Assembly (NCBI GenBank): GCA_951406725.2
Contig: OX597814.1
Span: 147,870,001 to 147,934,000, forward strand
Length of the DNA: 64,000 nucleotides
Source: Octopus vulgaris
Lineage: Eukaryota
Reading direction: 5' to 3'
The notes beneath the pieces were generated by a model. The model made no database searches and was not told the DNA's origin. It saw nothing but the letters and a program-made list of their open reading frames with translations. Made by a program: the position numbers and the translations under genes. Each line of letters starts with the position of its first letter. The stretch's first letter is position 1. This document shows positions 52,622 through 64,000 of the stretch, piece by piece.

Positions 52622-53784
52622 AAATTCGCATACTAGCGCTCATCCTTTTGCATATTCTATCATATAACCATACTTTTTTATAAGAATTGAAAGCAGAAAC
52701 ATTTTATTACAAATCTTGTGTGGGAATGATGGTTTGTATATATATGTGTGTGTGAGAGAGAGTCTGTGTTTGTGTATGCGTGCGTGCGTGTGAGTATGGA
52801 TGTGTGTATGTGTGTTTTTTTTGTGCGCGCACGCGTAAGGAACTGTAAAAATAAATCAGATTCCATAGAAATTGCTGGATTTTCGAAGTCAAAAATCTGT
52901 TGTAGAATCTCAGCAAAAGAACCCTGAAGTGATATCAAATTACGTTCACTTGCCAGGCAAAAAGCACCAAAGAATTTGTAGATAAAAAAAAGAGAAAAAT
53001 GTATTTTATGGCGGTTCACTTCTTTCGCAAAAGTATTAGACTTTTGTAAAGTTAAATTGCGAAATACCAATAATCAAAGCTCTCTTGTAATTTCAGGAAT
53101 CTGGGAAGTTTAAATTTCAGCATATGTAATTTTATAGACTTATTCTTAACTATGTCAATAGGATAATGGTAAACATTAAAGATAAGAAATAAAAAGAGTC
53201 TGTTTTTTTTTATGAAGATATTTACTACACATGGTACGTAAAATACTATCAATTAATTCTTTGACCCTTCTAGATTAAATCAGGTACACATCAACGAAAA
53301 GATATTGAAAGAACTGGTTGACTTTAAGTTCAATAATGTTAATAGTCTTCATCACTTGGTTGGCATTGATCCACCTCATATCAGATGGGATGTTGCCAGC
53401 GAAGCTGAAAATAATAATAATAGTAAAAAAAAGAGAGAGGCATATATTTGAAAGAAATCCATTACAAACTCGATGATAAGACTCGAAAAAAATTTCATGA
53501 TATTACTTTTCCTGAAGAGGATACGAAAGAACCTATCCAAAATAAAAAAAAAATCGTTTGAAGAAGAGAGCGGTAAATGTTAAATGCTCAACTGCTGGGA
53601 TCAAATAAGAAGGTAGAATCACGGGAACAGTTTTCAAAAGACGTGATGCTTGCTTAAAGCCGTCTTAATCGACTTCATGTTCGATTGAGCCATAGCTAAG
53701 GAATACATACATATGAAATACCACCACCACCACCATTATTACTACTACTACTACTACTACTACTACTAATAATAATAATAATAA

Positions 53785-53991
53785 TCCTTTCTATTAAAGG
53801 CACAAAACCTGAAATTTCGTGGGGGATGCTAGTCGATTATATCGAACCCAGTGTTTCACTGGTACTTAAATTATTGTCTCCGAAAGGATGAAATATAGAG
53901 TCGACTCAGAATTTGAACTCAGAGTGTAGCAGCAGATGACACACCGCTAAGCAATTCGTCCGGCGTGCTAACGATTCTACCTGCTCGCCTT
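53785..53991 (-). mobile_element. SINE family 2, near full length
   Basis: Reverse complement of the 6176 copy (gctaacgattct, gaatttgaactcaga, cccagtgtttcactggtactt), with (TAA)n on both sides. A second decayed copy follows at ~54020-54170. Confidence 0.8.
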
Positions 53992-54489
53992 AATAATAAT
54001 ACTAATAATAATGATAACACAAGTTCTAATGTTGGTACCAGGCCAGCAGTTTTAAGCAGAGGTATCAATCGATTACATCGACTCAGTACTTACCTGGTAC
54101 ATTATTCTATCGATCTTGGAGAGATATGTACAGCCAAGTTAATATTCGCGAGATTTGAACTCAGATGAAAACATGTCGCATGTAAGGCTTCTCACCACTT
54201 GTAATGGGAGGGAGATGAAAATCACTTCGATCTAGTGATTTACTGTTTGACCGATTCCTAAAGAATGAACAGTAACGCTGATCCTGATGTGGTTAGATAT
54301 CTATTACATCTTCAACGTTATTGACAGCAGAATCTGTGAGGTACAAGTAATTCTGATGTTGTTCAAAGAAAAACTTACTGGGTATGAGTAAAATGACTAA
54401 AGTTAGATACGATTGAATACTGAACATTTTATTGAATATTATTGAAGGTGTATTCGTCTGTTTTTCTTTTATATTTTTTTTAAAGAAAA

Positions 54490-54693
54490 TACAAGGGGTT
54501 GCTGAAAAGTTCCTGATTTAAGGTTATCGGAAGCCCAGCTTTCAGAGTTTTTTTTTAGAGGGCTTAGAAAAACTGAAAGACTTCTGGAATGAGTGTGAAT
54601 CTGAGGGGAGAATATGTTGAATAAAATCATAATTAACTGATCTTCCTGTATTTTCTTTACTCAAAACCAGGGACTTTTCAGCACTTCCTCGTA
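54490..54693 (+). mobile_element. Mariner-derived MITE, second family, copy 1
   Basis: TIRs tacaaggggttgctgaaaagttcctg and cagggacttttcagcacttcctcgta with TA ends. The interior encodes GLEKLKDFWNEC..LRGEYVE*. Confidence 0.85.
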
Positions 54694-55439
54694 TAATCCC
54701 ACTCGTGATGTCCAGACACGTATATACCCGCGCATATATGAGTTCTCAAATGCGCTTTATACATTGTCATATTAGCTTTTTGTAATATCGAGGATTTGAA
54801 TATTGGTTGCGTTTTTCCATTCTTTACGACAGTGGAATAATATTTGAAAGAGATTAGGGTGCTATTTCTTGCTCATCAAGCAATAACGTAGTGAAAGCCA
54901 TCATTGCTTCGTCATTAACTTAAATATATTGCATTGCTTCAACAAAACTAGTTCTGTAGGCAATATTTTTTGTTCAGTAGATTTTCACATATATAGCAAT
55001 GCTTATTACGTATCTGGATGTTACGAGCTCAGCTTCATTTCATGCGTGAAATAAAGAGACAAGGGCAGATAAAAATACACCAACAACAAAAATGTAATAT
55101 AAAAAAAAATCAGAGAAAACAAGAAACAAAAAATATCTGAGCAATATAACAGGAGTAAAAAAAAAAAATAGAAAACAATTCACAAACCGAAAATAGAAAA
55201 AAAATTCTTTCAGCAATTAGAGGAAATAAATGTGTTGTCGTGATGTATATGTGAGTGTTTCTTTCCCCCTCTCTATTTCTATCTCTCTTATTCTTTGCCT
55301 ATACCTGTCTTATCTTTTTACTCCCTGTTAAGAGTTCGTGCAACATATTTTTACATGTGTGTGCAAAGCTTAAGACATATTCGAATCTCTTGTTTTTTGG
55401 TTTGTGTTTATTTGCGCGCTTAGGTGCTACATACATCCA

Positions 55440-55544
55440 CCTATATATATACATATATATTTATATGTATGTGTGTATGTATGTATGTATGTATGTATAT
55501 GTATGTATTTTATATATATATATATATATACATACATATATATG

Positions 55545-55591
<47 letters not shown>

Positions 55592-55833
55592 GTATATATA
55601 TATATATATGATGTATATATATGTATGTATATATATATGATATATATATGTATGTATATATATATGTATATATATATATATGATGTATATATATATGTAT
55701 ATATATATATATATATATATACATACATATATATACATCATATATATACATACATATATATATATATATATGTATGTACGTATTTGTGTATGTATCTAAT
55801 ACATATATGCATGTATGTATGTAATATATATAC

Positions 55834-55890
<57 letters not shown>

Positions 55891-55900
55891 TGCATATACA
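55440..55900. repeat. Compound (TA)/(TATG) microsatellite
   Basis: Seen directly. Confidence 0.95.
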
Positions 55901-56298
55901 TAGTGTTAGATACGTGTGAAGGCGTTGAAGGCGTATGACAACGTGTTTGTGGGATTGAATGTGAACCGAGAAGCGTATATACTTGTGATGAGTTAGTGAG
56001 TAGACTAATTGTAGTGTAAGCTTGACCTAGCAAGTGCTTCGCCTTAACTATCTCAAATAACACGGAGACATGTCACTAATAAGTAAGTCGTGTGGTGATA
56101 AGTACAATTAGAATCTGTAATGTGTAAAGGAAACACACATGAAAATCACATTCAAACGCAATCAGGTGGTAAAAGAAATTTTATGTATGCGAGGATGTAT
56201 GTTGGTGTGTGTTACGTATAAAAACGTGCTAATACCTCAATATACGTATTCAGACATATACAAGCATACTCACAAAAATCTAAGCCTACACTTTCACA

Positions 56299-56698
56299 GA
56301 CACAGTCGTGGTTGTGTGGTAGAAGGTTTACCTCCCAAACACATGGTTCTGAGTTCAGTCTCACTGCATGGCACTTTGGGCAAGTGTCTATTAAAATAGC
56401 CTCGGGACAAACCAAAGAACTGTGATTGAGTCTACCACATGGAAAACGATATATATATATATATACTTATGTTTATGTGTCTGTGTCCTTGTGATTCTGA
56501 ACCCAGCCAACGCTTGACGGCCGGTGTTAGTGTATTTTCGTCCCCGGAACTTAGCAGCTCGTCCAAGGGGTCAACAGAATAACTACTAGGCTTTGAAAAT
56601 AACACCTGGAATCGATTTGCTCGACTAAAATACCTTCAAGGCGGTGCTCCAGCATGGTCGCAGTCAGATGACGGAAACAAGTAAGAGATAAAAGATAT
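56299..56698 (+). mobile_element. SINE family 1, full length, diverged
   Basis: Head gtggttgtgtggtagaagg...gagttcagtctcactg, core ggcactttgggcaagtgtct and tail ggcggtgctccagcatggtcgcagtc...aagagataaaagata. Confidence 0.85.
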
Positions 56699-56771
56699 AG
56701 CAGACATGATTGTGTGAGTGTGGTTGGAGACTTCAAAAATGTTAAGGCTCTCAGTCACTTGAATTACAGAG

Positions 56772-56820
<49 letters not shown>

Positions 56821-57519
56821 TTGTTATATATATATACAAATATATATATATATTATATATATATATATATTTATATATATAAATATATATTTGTATATAT
56901 ACATAAATATATATATTTATATATATAAATATATATTTGTATATATATATATAACTATATATATAAATATATATTTGTATATATATATAACTATATATAT
57001 GAATATATATATATATATATATATTCGAGTACTAATTTTCCAATTTGTTTTACATGTTCTTACAGTAGTATCAAGAGTTCTTACTCGTCTGTGCGTGTAT
57101 GTGTGTGTGATTGTGTATGTGCAAGCATTTTTTAATATAAGTTATATATGCATTTATAATGTGTATGTATGTGTGTGTGTATTTATTCGGATAAGATCGT
57201 TTCTCGGACTGGACTATTCATCGCTCTTCACTTTATATTTACTCCAGTCCCTTTATGCTGAGAAGGTGTGTGAACAGCAACAGATGGTACTGAACATTGC
57301 TATGGATTGTATGCGGTGTGTTTGTGTTTAAGTTACCGACTATTGCGAGCAGCGATAATGATTATACCGTTGAGAGTTAACGTGTGTAGTTAGTTTCATG
57401 GCGTACGTTAAAAACAAGTACAACCGTTGGTGGAGAGGTGGATGAGGAGGAGAAGGGTGAAAGCCTAAAATGTTTTATAGATGTTCTGTGGCGTGTACGT
57501 AATTTTGTGTGAAAAAAAA

Positions 57520-58140
57520 AGACAATTCTGGTTTGGTGTTTGCAGCATTGAGAAGATGTTCGAAGTAGTGATGCATTGATTAGGGCTGTTACAGTTGCTA
57601 GAGGTAAAATTTATCCCCATTAAACGTGGATGTTCTCTTAGAGCAAACTATACTGAAATACATATCATGAGAGAAAGTCTCGAATTGGCATTTTGTGTAA
57701 AATGCACTAAAAACCAATAGGAGAGTTTCTCCCATGTTAAATACTGCAATATAGATCAGCGACTTTTAAGTGGAGATAAATATTACATCGGGGTATTAAT
57801 GGCACCTCTGTCGCTAAAAATTATGTAGTAGCTATAATAGTTTAGCTAGTGATGAATTTTGCAATCGCTATTGCCTCCGCCTTAAACATGGTTATCTAGT
57901 TTGTTTTAGCTAGACTGGAGCGCTAACTATAGTTCTGACTGTTCTCTAATATGATTTTAATTTGCTTTTTAACTTTATTTTCTACTGTACCAACTTGAAC
58001 AGTTTTGATGTTTCATTTAACATTTTTTACTTCTAATTTTTAATGTCTTAAATCACTAATTATTATACCAGCGAGTCGGTGAAGGTTGTTATTTACTTTG
58101 ATTATAATATTTCTCAGATATTTGGTGTTGAGTTCTAGCA
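57520..58140 (-). mobile_element. Possible very old CR1/L2-type LINE 3' remnant
   Basis: Minus-strand fragments KYLR..NNLH, LVQ, LRRRQ and LPLATVTA occur in the order expected for the CR1 ORF2 C-terminus, but many frameshifts are needed. Confidence 0.3.
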
Positions 58141-58334
58141 TTTATTTTATTTATATTTTGATATACTTTCTGCAATGTGGGGGTCTTTCGAAATCAGAAA
58201 GCAGCGATTGCCTACCACCAACAGAGTAGTACATGTTTCTTCGAACATAGAAGAAGAAAGTTTGGGCTTGCCAGTTTAAGATTTGTTCTCAAGTGAATAT
58301 AAGGTATATCGCTTGGCCGCCGAACCATGGATTC

Positions 58335-58553
58335 TACAAGGGGGTGCTGCAAAATTCCTGGCTTTAATGGTTTCGCGAAAGGCCTGGCCTAAGGCCCAAC
58401 CTCCAGTGTACCTTTAAAGGGATTAGGAAAACTGAAGGATCTCTGTAATATGTTTGAAGCTGAGAGGCGAATATGTTCAGTAAAGTCATAATTAACTGAT
58501 CCTCCAGTATTTTCTTTTACCCAAAGCGAGGAACCTTTCAGCACCTTCTCGCA
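58335..58553 (+). mobile_element. Mariner-derived MITE, second family, copy 2
   Basis: TIRs tacaagggggtgctgcaaaattcctg and gaggaacctttcagcaccttctcgca. Shares aaaactgaa, gctgagaggcgaatatgtt and cataattaactgatc with 54490-54693. Confidence 0.85.
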
Positions 58554-59654
58554 TAAAGAGAATAAACATTCATAGCTCTCTGATGATTTATTTTTAATTA
58601 CACAGAGAGAAAAGTAAGAAAGGTGTCAGTCATGATCCTTGACCCCGTTACACATAGGCTTCAGTTAAGTTTTTCAGAGCGTTCGAAATTTTATCACGAG
58701 TTAAAATTTTATACATAAACACGAAATTCCATCCGGATGTTTGCGACAGAAGGATCTTTTCTGTTTGGCTGCGACTTTTCAGTTTCTTCAGCTTCTGTTC
58801 CAATCGATTTCATATTTGGTGCTAAGATGTACATTTGTATGATTATCATTGGCGTAAAATTCATTTTCGCCATAAATCAATCAATAATTTTAGTGAATCG
58901 TAAACCAAAGACACATTCATGTCTGATTCTATAGTAACAAGCCAAACATGGGAACTCTTATGTTTGCGAGAAAGCACATGTGTTGAAAATATATTCTACA
59001 CGAAACCACGTGCGTTGACGATATTCTGTTGCTTGTGCCCACCCCAGTCGTGAGATGTGCTAGAGATAAAAGGGAAATAGGTGTTACATCACGCCCCATC
59101 AATTATTTTCTTTTAGTTTTGCATAATCGTGTGAATTCCCACATGTAGAATACATATTTACAAAAATTTTGCGAAAATTCAAAAGATAAATAAGTTATGC
59201 GGAGTTATATGTCGTGCGTAGAACAGAATTTGATTTAGTTACAGTTCCATATTAAAACACGTGCTATTTTCAGACTATAAACTCGTGCAGTCGCGCACAA
59301 ACAGGAAAGATCCTGACAGTATCTAGTCTTGGGAGTAAAATTTTGATGAAATCTGCTCGTATGCCCCACAGTGGTCCCCAGTTGTAATTCCAATTTTCGA
59401 CAAAGTCACATACATTTTGCCTGTACAGTATGTCCTGTGTATGCATGTCTGTCGAGATCATAACCGCTTACATTATAATTCATTAATCAAGCAATCCCTT
59501 CGACGCAACTACTGAAACACTTGTCTGTCACAACCGAAGCACGATCTATCATCATGCATGTATGTGTACATTCTTCTTTTGGGATTTGTTCAAGAATATA
59601 TGTAGGTATATTTGTTTGTATGCATGTATGTATGAATGCATGTGCAAATATATC

Positions 59655-59810
<156 letters not shown>

Positions 59811-62213
59811 TATGCGTGTACACATACACGTACATATATGTGTGAATGTGTGTTCCTGGCATTCATTACGGATCGATATCAATATATCAATAAATAATAG
59901 ACAGGAAATGCTTTAGAATTAATTCTGCTTAAACTTGTAGTCTCTCGTCGTGAAGGTTGGTTTCTATTTCAAACAAGAATGAGAAATATCCACATACCCA
60001 CGGCTCCCTTACATCATCAAAGCACAGCAACATCACTTACTACTAAAAACCCCTCTTTTATGCCACTATTACTACTAACACCACCATTGCTACTACTGTA
60101 ATTTTCATAGGTGCATTGATTAATTATGTCTTGCATGCACAATCGTATTGCAACGATTTTTACAGGCTGGAATTTCCTGTTCACTATGTGGGCCCCACCA
60201 CTATTCATCATTTTCAATCTCCTCATCTTGATCCTCATCTCCTACTTCTTTTTCGTCATCATCATCATCGTAATAGTGATCACCGTCATCGTCGACGTCG
60301 TTATTAACGTAGCCACCATCAGTACCAGCACCAGCGTCATTATGTTCATCAACCAGCGATTGTCAGCCTTACTAATAAATGGCCTGTCAACGTTGGTGGT
60401 TGGTGACTGACCACAAGGATGATTGACACCAATGACCGTTACTCGCCCTCTAACTCTCTGCCTCTTTCACTCCCGCTCACTCTTTCATTTATTCATTCAT
60501 TCATTCATTATGTCACTCTTTGTTTTTTTGTTTTTTCATTCTTATTTCATTTTTTTTTTCACTTCGTATATTTGCTTTATTTCTATTTCTCTCCAAATCG
60601 ACCGGACTTCAAACAAAAACAACTGACCACTGATGTGATCACTTCCAAACTACAACCACCACACAGCACAACCACTACTCCCACCAACACCACCTCTATT
60701 GCCGCTACTGTTATTAAGCCTCCCGCACTCTTTCACTACTCAGTCTTTTATCAGAAGGGTTATAGAAAATGTTAGCCATTAATTAAATAGCCGCTCCTAT
60801 CCAACTCACCAAGCATTAACCTTCTCGATAGCCTTCCACCAGAAGCTCTCCCACTAAACACCTCAACTACCCTGTACAAAATCACAACTATTACTGCACA
60901 AAACCAATCCTCTTCTCCTCCTCTCGAGAATGTAACAGTTACAATGGACACCACTACACAATCGCCACGATTACGATAAAGTAGGGACACCACCATCACT
61001 ATCACCACAACGAACACAAACACCTGCAGTAGCACTTCACACTAACTCACTCAACCAACAAGGAATGTTCAATATCCAACCTACATAGTTTTGATGACTA
61101 AGCTGTACAATACCGTCAATAACCCACTGCCTGCTATCATCTTACCCATGTTGCTATACCAATCTCAATAATGATAACGCAATCTTCAGCACAGTCAACA
61201 TCATCATCAACTTCAATTCAGACCTTTTGTTGTAGAGGGCGGTTGATTGACATAATCATTAGACCCTTCACACGCTTTCTCCGGCTTCCTATGTTTTGAG
61301 TTCAAATCACATCGAGATTGAATTTACATTTCCATCCTCTTTAGCAAATGAAATAAACTGCTATCTACAAAAAGTACTGGGTAAATGGACGGTCACTCAA
61401 TCTGCTAGAGGGAGTAACTCAAATTAGACGGAAATTTCTAAAATTAGAATGAGGTGAATAGAGTAGTATCGGAGGCTTCAAATGGTAACGAGAATGTCAT
61501 GGAGGGGGGTGTTTTTGATGCGAGACTTCCAAGATCATTACCAATTTGGTGTTAAGCAAACAAAACCATTTAAAGACATTTTAACGACAGGCCTGCCTGA
61601 CTCTTACCTTAAAAACGGAAAGGTATGATTTAAAGAAGGTTCGACTGCATTTCTACAGCTTCGTTAGCTGCAAAATAGTTTTAGATATATGCCTACAAGA
61701 AATAAGAACACAAAAACCGTGATCGATCGTGCTTTAGTCGAAGGTACTTTGCTAACGGCAGCGTTGACTACCACATAGCATAATCTGTATGGTGCTCTGG
61801 ATCTATGGGATGTATCTAGTTAATACATTGAGTGCACAACAGATTCATACGTATTACGTACTTATAACAGTTATATTTATGAATTTAGTGCAATATCAGT
61901 ATCCTACTACGAACAGTATACGGTGATCCTTCACCATATCGCGGTGCACCTATCGTGGTTCACCTTTCGCTGTTTATTATTCAAGCTTACGTCGATTCCT
62001 CCGTGGTATTGTTTTGCATTTATGATAAAATAAATATATACAAATTATAGAAATAATAATAATAAAACATATACGGTATAGTATTGTTTCTACTTCGCTG
62101 ACTTTCACTTATCACAGGGGAGGATTTTGGAACGTAACACCCGCGATAGTCAAAGAATTGCTTTATTTTTAAACCTAAGTGTATACTTGTGAATTTTAGG
62201 AATTTAGTATATG

Positions 62214-62309
<96 letters not shown>

Positions 62310-62919
62310 GATTAGTACATTTGACTTCTATTATAAATCTTGGCTATGGAAGTCTGAAAACATGAATTTTCTTTACTACATCACAGTAATACAGTTTCTG
62401 ACTATTATTGAACGATAGTCAATAGATAGTAATACGCCGGTGCAGACAGAAACACAGGCACATACACACGATCATAGAAAACCTATAGACGTAGCCAAGA
62501 CGTGCACGTAAAACACTCACGCACAATTTTAACAACGTACTCACTTGAACGAACACACATACATAAGTTAACAAAAGAATAGATACACTTATATTACACA
62601 TATAACATTTTCTGAATGATCCCGTATGAGCACTAGTTTTTTTGGTGCAATTGAAATGGAAATAATTTTTGCTGAGGGACACTAATGACTATGTTAATTC
62701 ACTCTCTCTCTCTCTCTCTCTCACACACACATACACACACACATTTGGGATAGGGTTATTAAAAAGTAACAAAAAAAAACTGCTTCGTGGATATTTTAAA
62801 TCAGAATTGACCATTACCAGTTAGCATTGATATGCAATCAAAACGTAAACAATTTCTAGTAGGAATGTTTCGTACTGGAAAGGTACTGCTGTCATTTATG
62901 TTACCAATACCACTGCCAC

Positions 62920-63117
62920 AAACATCATCATCAGCAGCAGCAGCAGCATCACATTCATCATGCACAAACCATCATCAGGGACCCTAATCAACAGCTCTAC
63001 TGACCTTCATTATCACTAAACATCACAGCAATTGCGACAAGGTCTAGAACCTCTTACTAGCTTCGGAGAAAGTTTTGAAAACAATGGCAGACAAAAACGA
63101 TAGCAACCGCAAACACC

Positions 63118-63157
<40 letters not shown>

Positions 63158-63360
63158 TTTCATCACACACCTCGTTTACCATCCCGATCCTCACCATCAT
63201 CACTACTATACCACTTCAATTATGTCACTATCATGATTGTTACATTTATTACTACTAACTACTAATTCCGCTACTACTACTACTGCTGCTGCTACTACTA
63301 CTTACACTACTGCTGCTGCTAAAAATATCACTATCACCGCAATCTCCATCATCACATCAA
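62920..63360. repeat. Degenerate (CAT/CAC/TAC/CAG)n low-complexity tract
   Basis: Trinucleotide runs are visible. Confidence 0.8.
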
Positions 63361-63505
63361 AAAAAAATATACAAAGCAACAACGTGAGCGGATAAAGTAT
63401 GACCGACCTTAAACCTGACCCTTTCAAAACTTCCTATCTGTCACCACAGAGGGAGTGTGTGGGGCAGGGCGGATAGTGCAGGTGGGGGTGAAAGAGTGAC
63501 AAATT

Positions 63506-63540
<35 letters not shown>

Positions 63541-64000
63541 GACGCAAATATCAACCATGACTCCTATCACATAATCCCTCCACCCGACTTATCCCCTAAT
63601 CAAACCTCTCTCAGTATCACCCGCACGACCCACTTCGCATACAGCAACAATAACAACGACGACGACGATGACGATGATGACGACGGCAAGACCAACAAGA
63701 AGAAATAATCTTGTATCTCTCTGTAGAATCTTCATCCATTTTTGAGTTGTCAATCCAGACAAGAAAGAGAAAAAGGAAAAAAAAAAAACATCAAAAGAGT
63801 AAAAAAAAAAAACGGTTTAAAAAAATGCTTTTGCCTTCTCTTTTCCTTCTACCACTAACATTCTTGTTCTATGTCATTCTTTCACAACATTCTCATCTTC
63901 GACATCAACATCACTATCACTACCACCATATTCAATCATCATCATCAGCATCATCACCATCACTATTGACACATTCTTCATCAGGACCACTCCCGCCGCA

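Noticed and set aside
63440-63510. Promoter (GGGCGG and GGGGTG boxes)
   Set aside because: No associated transcript or exon evidence in the window.

Overview
AT-rich, microsatellite-dense animal non-coding DNA (intergenic or deep intronic). The SINE families match my recollection of Octopus repeats, so a coleoid cephalopod is inferred but not verified. I found no intact host protein-coding gene; nearly all listed ORFs are translations of (TA)n, (CA)n or (ATT)n repeats. Recognisable content: a decayed mariner transposon (8.3-9.2 kb), three mariner-derived MITEs, an R4/Dong-type non-LTR 3' fragment with a restriction-like endonuclease (14.0-14.6 kb), probable RTE, CR1 and GIY-YIG relics, two tRNA-derived SINE families, an old dispersed repeat family and a 36-bp minisatellite. 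The most striking signal is a set of hammerhead-ribozyme-like motifs (CUGANGA...GAAA, then a tiny palindromic helix III and NUH) in at least five unrelated repeat families next to (TA)n tracts. Three of these elements are long head-to-head palindromes (4.0-4.5, 9.4-9.9, 10.1-11.4 kb), consistent with Penelope-like pseudo-LTRs. One joins a tRNA-like Pol III head to the hammerhead tail, making it a candidate Penelope-mobilised ribozyme SINE. All alignments and folds were done by eye.
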